A stretch of 60,233 bases of DNA, the filler included, from Globobulimina sp. (lineage: Eukaryota), in NCBI GenBank assembly GCA_003354225.1. It is 13 parts of 13 records of this genome, joined end to end, with 100 filler letters (N's around TTAATTAATTAA, not from the genome) between each part and the next. Parts side by side here need not be neighbours in the genome. Positions count along the whole stretch, not along the records: positions 55,697 to 60,233 come from PIVH01001150.1; 12 more parts are not named here. The stretch is one strand, 5' to 3'. Position 1 is the stretch's first letter. Each line of letters starts with the position of its first letter. This document shows positions 59,301-60,233 of the stretch, one piece after another. Position numbers and translations under genes: made by a program. A model generated the notes under the pieces. It saw only the letters and a list, made by a program, of their open reading frames with translations. It was not told where the DNA came from and ran no database searches.

Positions 59301-59897
59301 AGAAAAAAATCTTGGATTAATCATGCTATTAATTGTTGTAATAAATATAATATCGATTATAGATATATTCCATCTCCAAGTAAGATAAAAGAGGTTATTA
59401 AACAATCATGGATACTTGAATATAATTCCATGTTATTAAATGCACCTACATTAAGAATATATAAACATAAAACCATCCCAAAAATCAATAATAAATTAAA
59501 TCTACATAATGGGTCCGAATTCTGGCTGAAAGCAAAAGGAGGAACCTTATTACTGAATGATAGGAAACATAAACCCTGCACAAGATGTAATAGTAATGAA
59601 ATTGAGAATATTGAACATTTACTATGGTTCTGTACCGATAATTACAGTAATAATGATTATAAAAATAAAATACTCAATATTTGGGGATTATTACCCCAAG
59701 AAATTGAAGGATTAAAAAAACCAATAATAATTCCTAATACTCAAAATCAGTATATTGATGCAAGTATTAAATGGTTATTTGATGATGGCACTCCAGGATT
59801 GGTGATGAACCAAGCCGGACAAATCATCAAACTTCTATATAATATGCGCCCTGAAATAAAAGCATATAATATAATAATTAATGATAGTAACGATTAA
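56358..59897 (+). CDS. LINE B ORF2 (APE endonuclease, reverse transcriptase, CCHC knuckle); frame opens at 56358 with no ATG until 56556
   Basis: YNNICSI, VGDFNGH, ADH; QHGFR, LDICKAYD, GLRQGCTMSP, FADD, YLG; CTRC..ENIEHLLWFC. Confidence 0.92.
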   Translation, partial: GKLARDGKTRIHININNDESKEKIKDEIETIKDRKEFKTLSILYNNICSIKNKFDLIDENINKLKPMLLCFVETRLKTVLDVHDYNEYVGFHKMQTGRKTGGISIWGHETIKPTKLDIDGFNDDISNHYLWVLCQNVGPVAICTVYFKNQSNKDNNTHSFNFELSLRLINHIKWCMKQNYEIIIVGDFNGHIGNDIYGIKGNHENINDNGYLIREFIKNSNLMLTNDSDKTKGLWTWGFQKQNTKPQILDLLLNSHTSKVKSMYIDETNTQLGTGNADHCFIYAEFDILQNKKNKSVNININNDKKRWNITDDINWKPFKDKLTQLATIEEEDIDENTILNHITIAAEQTIGYKKKPNKKARLSIRAKKLKSKITELRKQLRHDNGDKKILLKELFETIKDQRELRQRSEMARVEKAHNKWLANPRRKFHQLYNTMKQLKRGIREPVTLLDNNKEPIYGTENNKNHLSSFWNDIFTLGIWPEANDEMKRVGLDNIIKGNDRIELEKDITIKELNEAISRLKNGTSAGTTNIPPEFIKNWPAEMKENVLLLFNRWYNTGYYPDIGKVQEVTLLHKKGSKSKITNYRTLCLGCNLCKVYLTILTKRLEKTTEEKNILGNIQHGFRANKRIEDCILVIQHTVMKAKRLSKIKKSTLALLDICKAYDRVWRKGLWKKLRDYGFPEKLVRAIESSYHNPQAVISFQDIVTEKLDMEVGLRQGCTMSPSLWNLYIADLGREIENSNLGIEIGSEECSKIISGIFFADDMLLFASSEYNMTKLLKIVGNYAQRWKIEFSGPKSLIIPMKRNIDSEKLWQLGTMYISESDTKTINIKEEKEAKYLGITIAKSGVDILSQHRKELAVKTRKEVYKCFQPASATARQAVYGTKIWTTYVQPKVLHGISAIEYTNNTFKKVEVQQREFIRMIAKLPRHTHRAVLYGETEIMPMQMEADKRTINYLSHVLKLNNNNLVKIAINEQLITFYNYPRKKSWINHAINCCNKYNIDYRYIPSPSKIKEVIKQSWILEYNSMLLNAPTLRIYKHKTIPKINNKLNLHNGSEFWLKAKGGTLLLNDRKHKPCTRCNSNEIENIEHLLWFCTDNYSNNDYKNKILNIWGLLPQEIEGLKKPIIIPNTQNQYIDASIKWLFDDGTPGLVMNQAGQIIKLLYNMRPEIKAYNIIINDSND

Positions 59898-60202
59898 CCA
59901 TTATTAATTAATGGATTTTCATGGATTTTCATGGATTCTCATCAAATTCACCTGTTTGACCACAAGGATGATGGAAATCAGATGAACAACAAATGACAAC
60001 CAGAGTCCCGATTGATCAAAACAGATGAGATGTTGAATGAATCCCAATACAATCAAGTGCCAAATGAATTATCTCTGTGAATATTATATTTCTATTTTTG
60101 TATTTCATATATTATTAACATGTAATTAATTAATGTGTATTAATATTTCACAAGCTATACTTATTTATTAAGTGCTTTCAAAATAAAATTTGCCGTCCCA
60201 AA

Positions 60203-60203
<1 letters not shown>

Positions 60204-60233
<30 letters not shown>
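60204..60233 (+). repeat. (TAC)n 3' tail or target microsatellite of LINE B
   Basis: ctaccactactactac... running to the contig end. Confidence 0.85.

Larger units (their letters stand above)
55697..60233 (+). mobile_element. Non-LTR retrotransposon (APE-type LINE, element B): 5'-partial ORF1, intact ORF2, 3' UTR and (TAC)n tail
   Basis: APE-RT-CCHC ORF2, AATAAA at 60182-60187, microsatellite tail. Confidence 0.92.

Noticed and set aside
476-59581. Many short antisense or nested ORFs in the ORF track
   Set aside because: Shadows of real genes on the other strand or frame, with no recognisable motifs
1-60233. rRNA, tRNA or CRISPR arrays
   Set aside because: None recognised by eye; a covariance-model scan would be needed to exclude divergent RNAs

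Overview
The window is not one locus. It is 13 unrelated contigs of about 4.54 kb, sorted by length and joined by 100-nt N spacers containing TTAATTAATTAA, so nothing can be inferred from neighbours across spacers. Most contigs are AT-rich eukaryotic DNA with short GT-AG introns (mostly 50-70 nt). The gene families suggest a protist, possibly a foraminiferan or other rhizarian (inference only). Host-type genes include RING, SAM, RCC1, SPRY-like, Kelch, BLTP1/Csf1, LamG, a sirtuin-YEATS fusion, XPA, RAB5IF, DUF4246, an FAD oxidase, LRR, GH76 and MMPL. Five contigs are mobile elements: a DIRS-type tyrosine-recombinase retrotransposon, a Polinton/Maverick-like module, a circularly assembled Ty3/Gypsy element and two APE-type LINEs. 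The top finding is that both LINEs share the same ORF1/ORF2 junction: a slippery heptamer, then TAG plus 3 nt, then GGGACGGCAA, with ORF2 in the -1 frame. In the LINE whose 3' end is present, this motif is perfectly complementary (11 nt) to the last bases before the (TAC)n tail, 3.8 kb away. This suggests -1 ribosomal frameshifting controlled by long-range pairing to the RNA 3' end. The second finding is that the Polinton major capsid and packaging ATPase genes are interrupted by cleanly spliceable spliceosomal introns.
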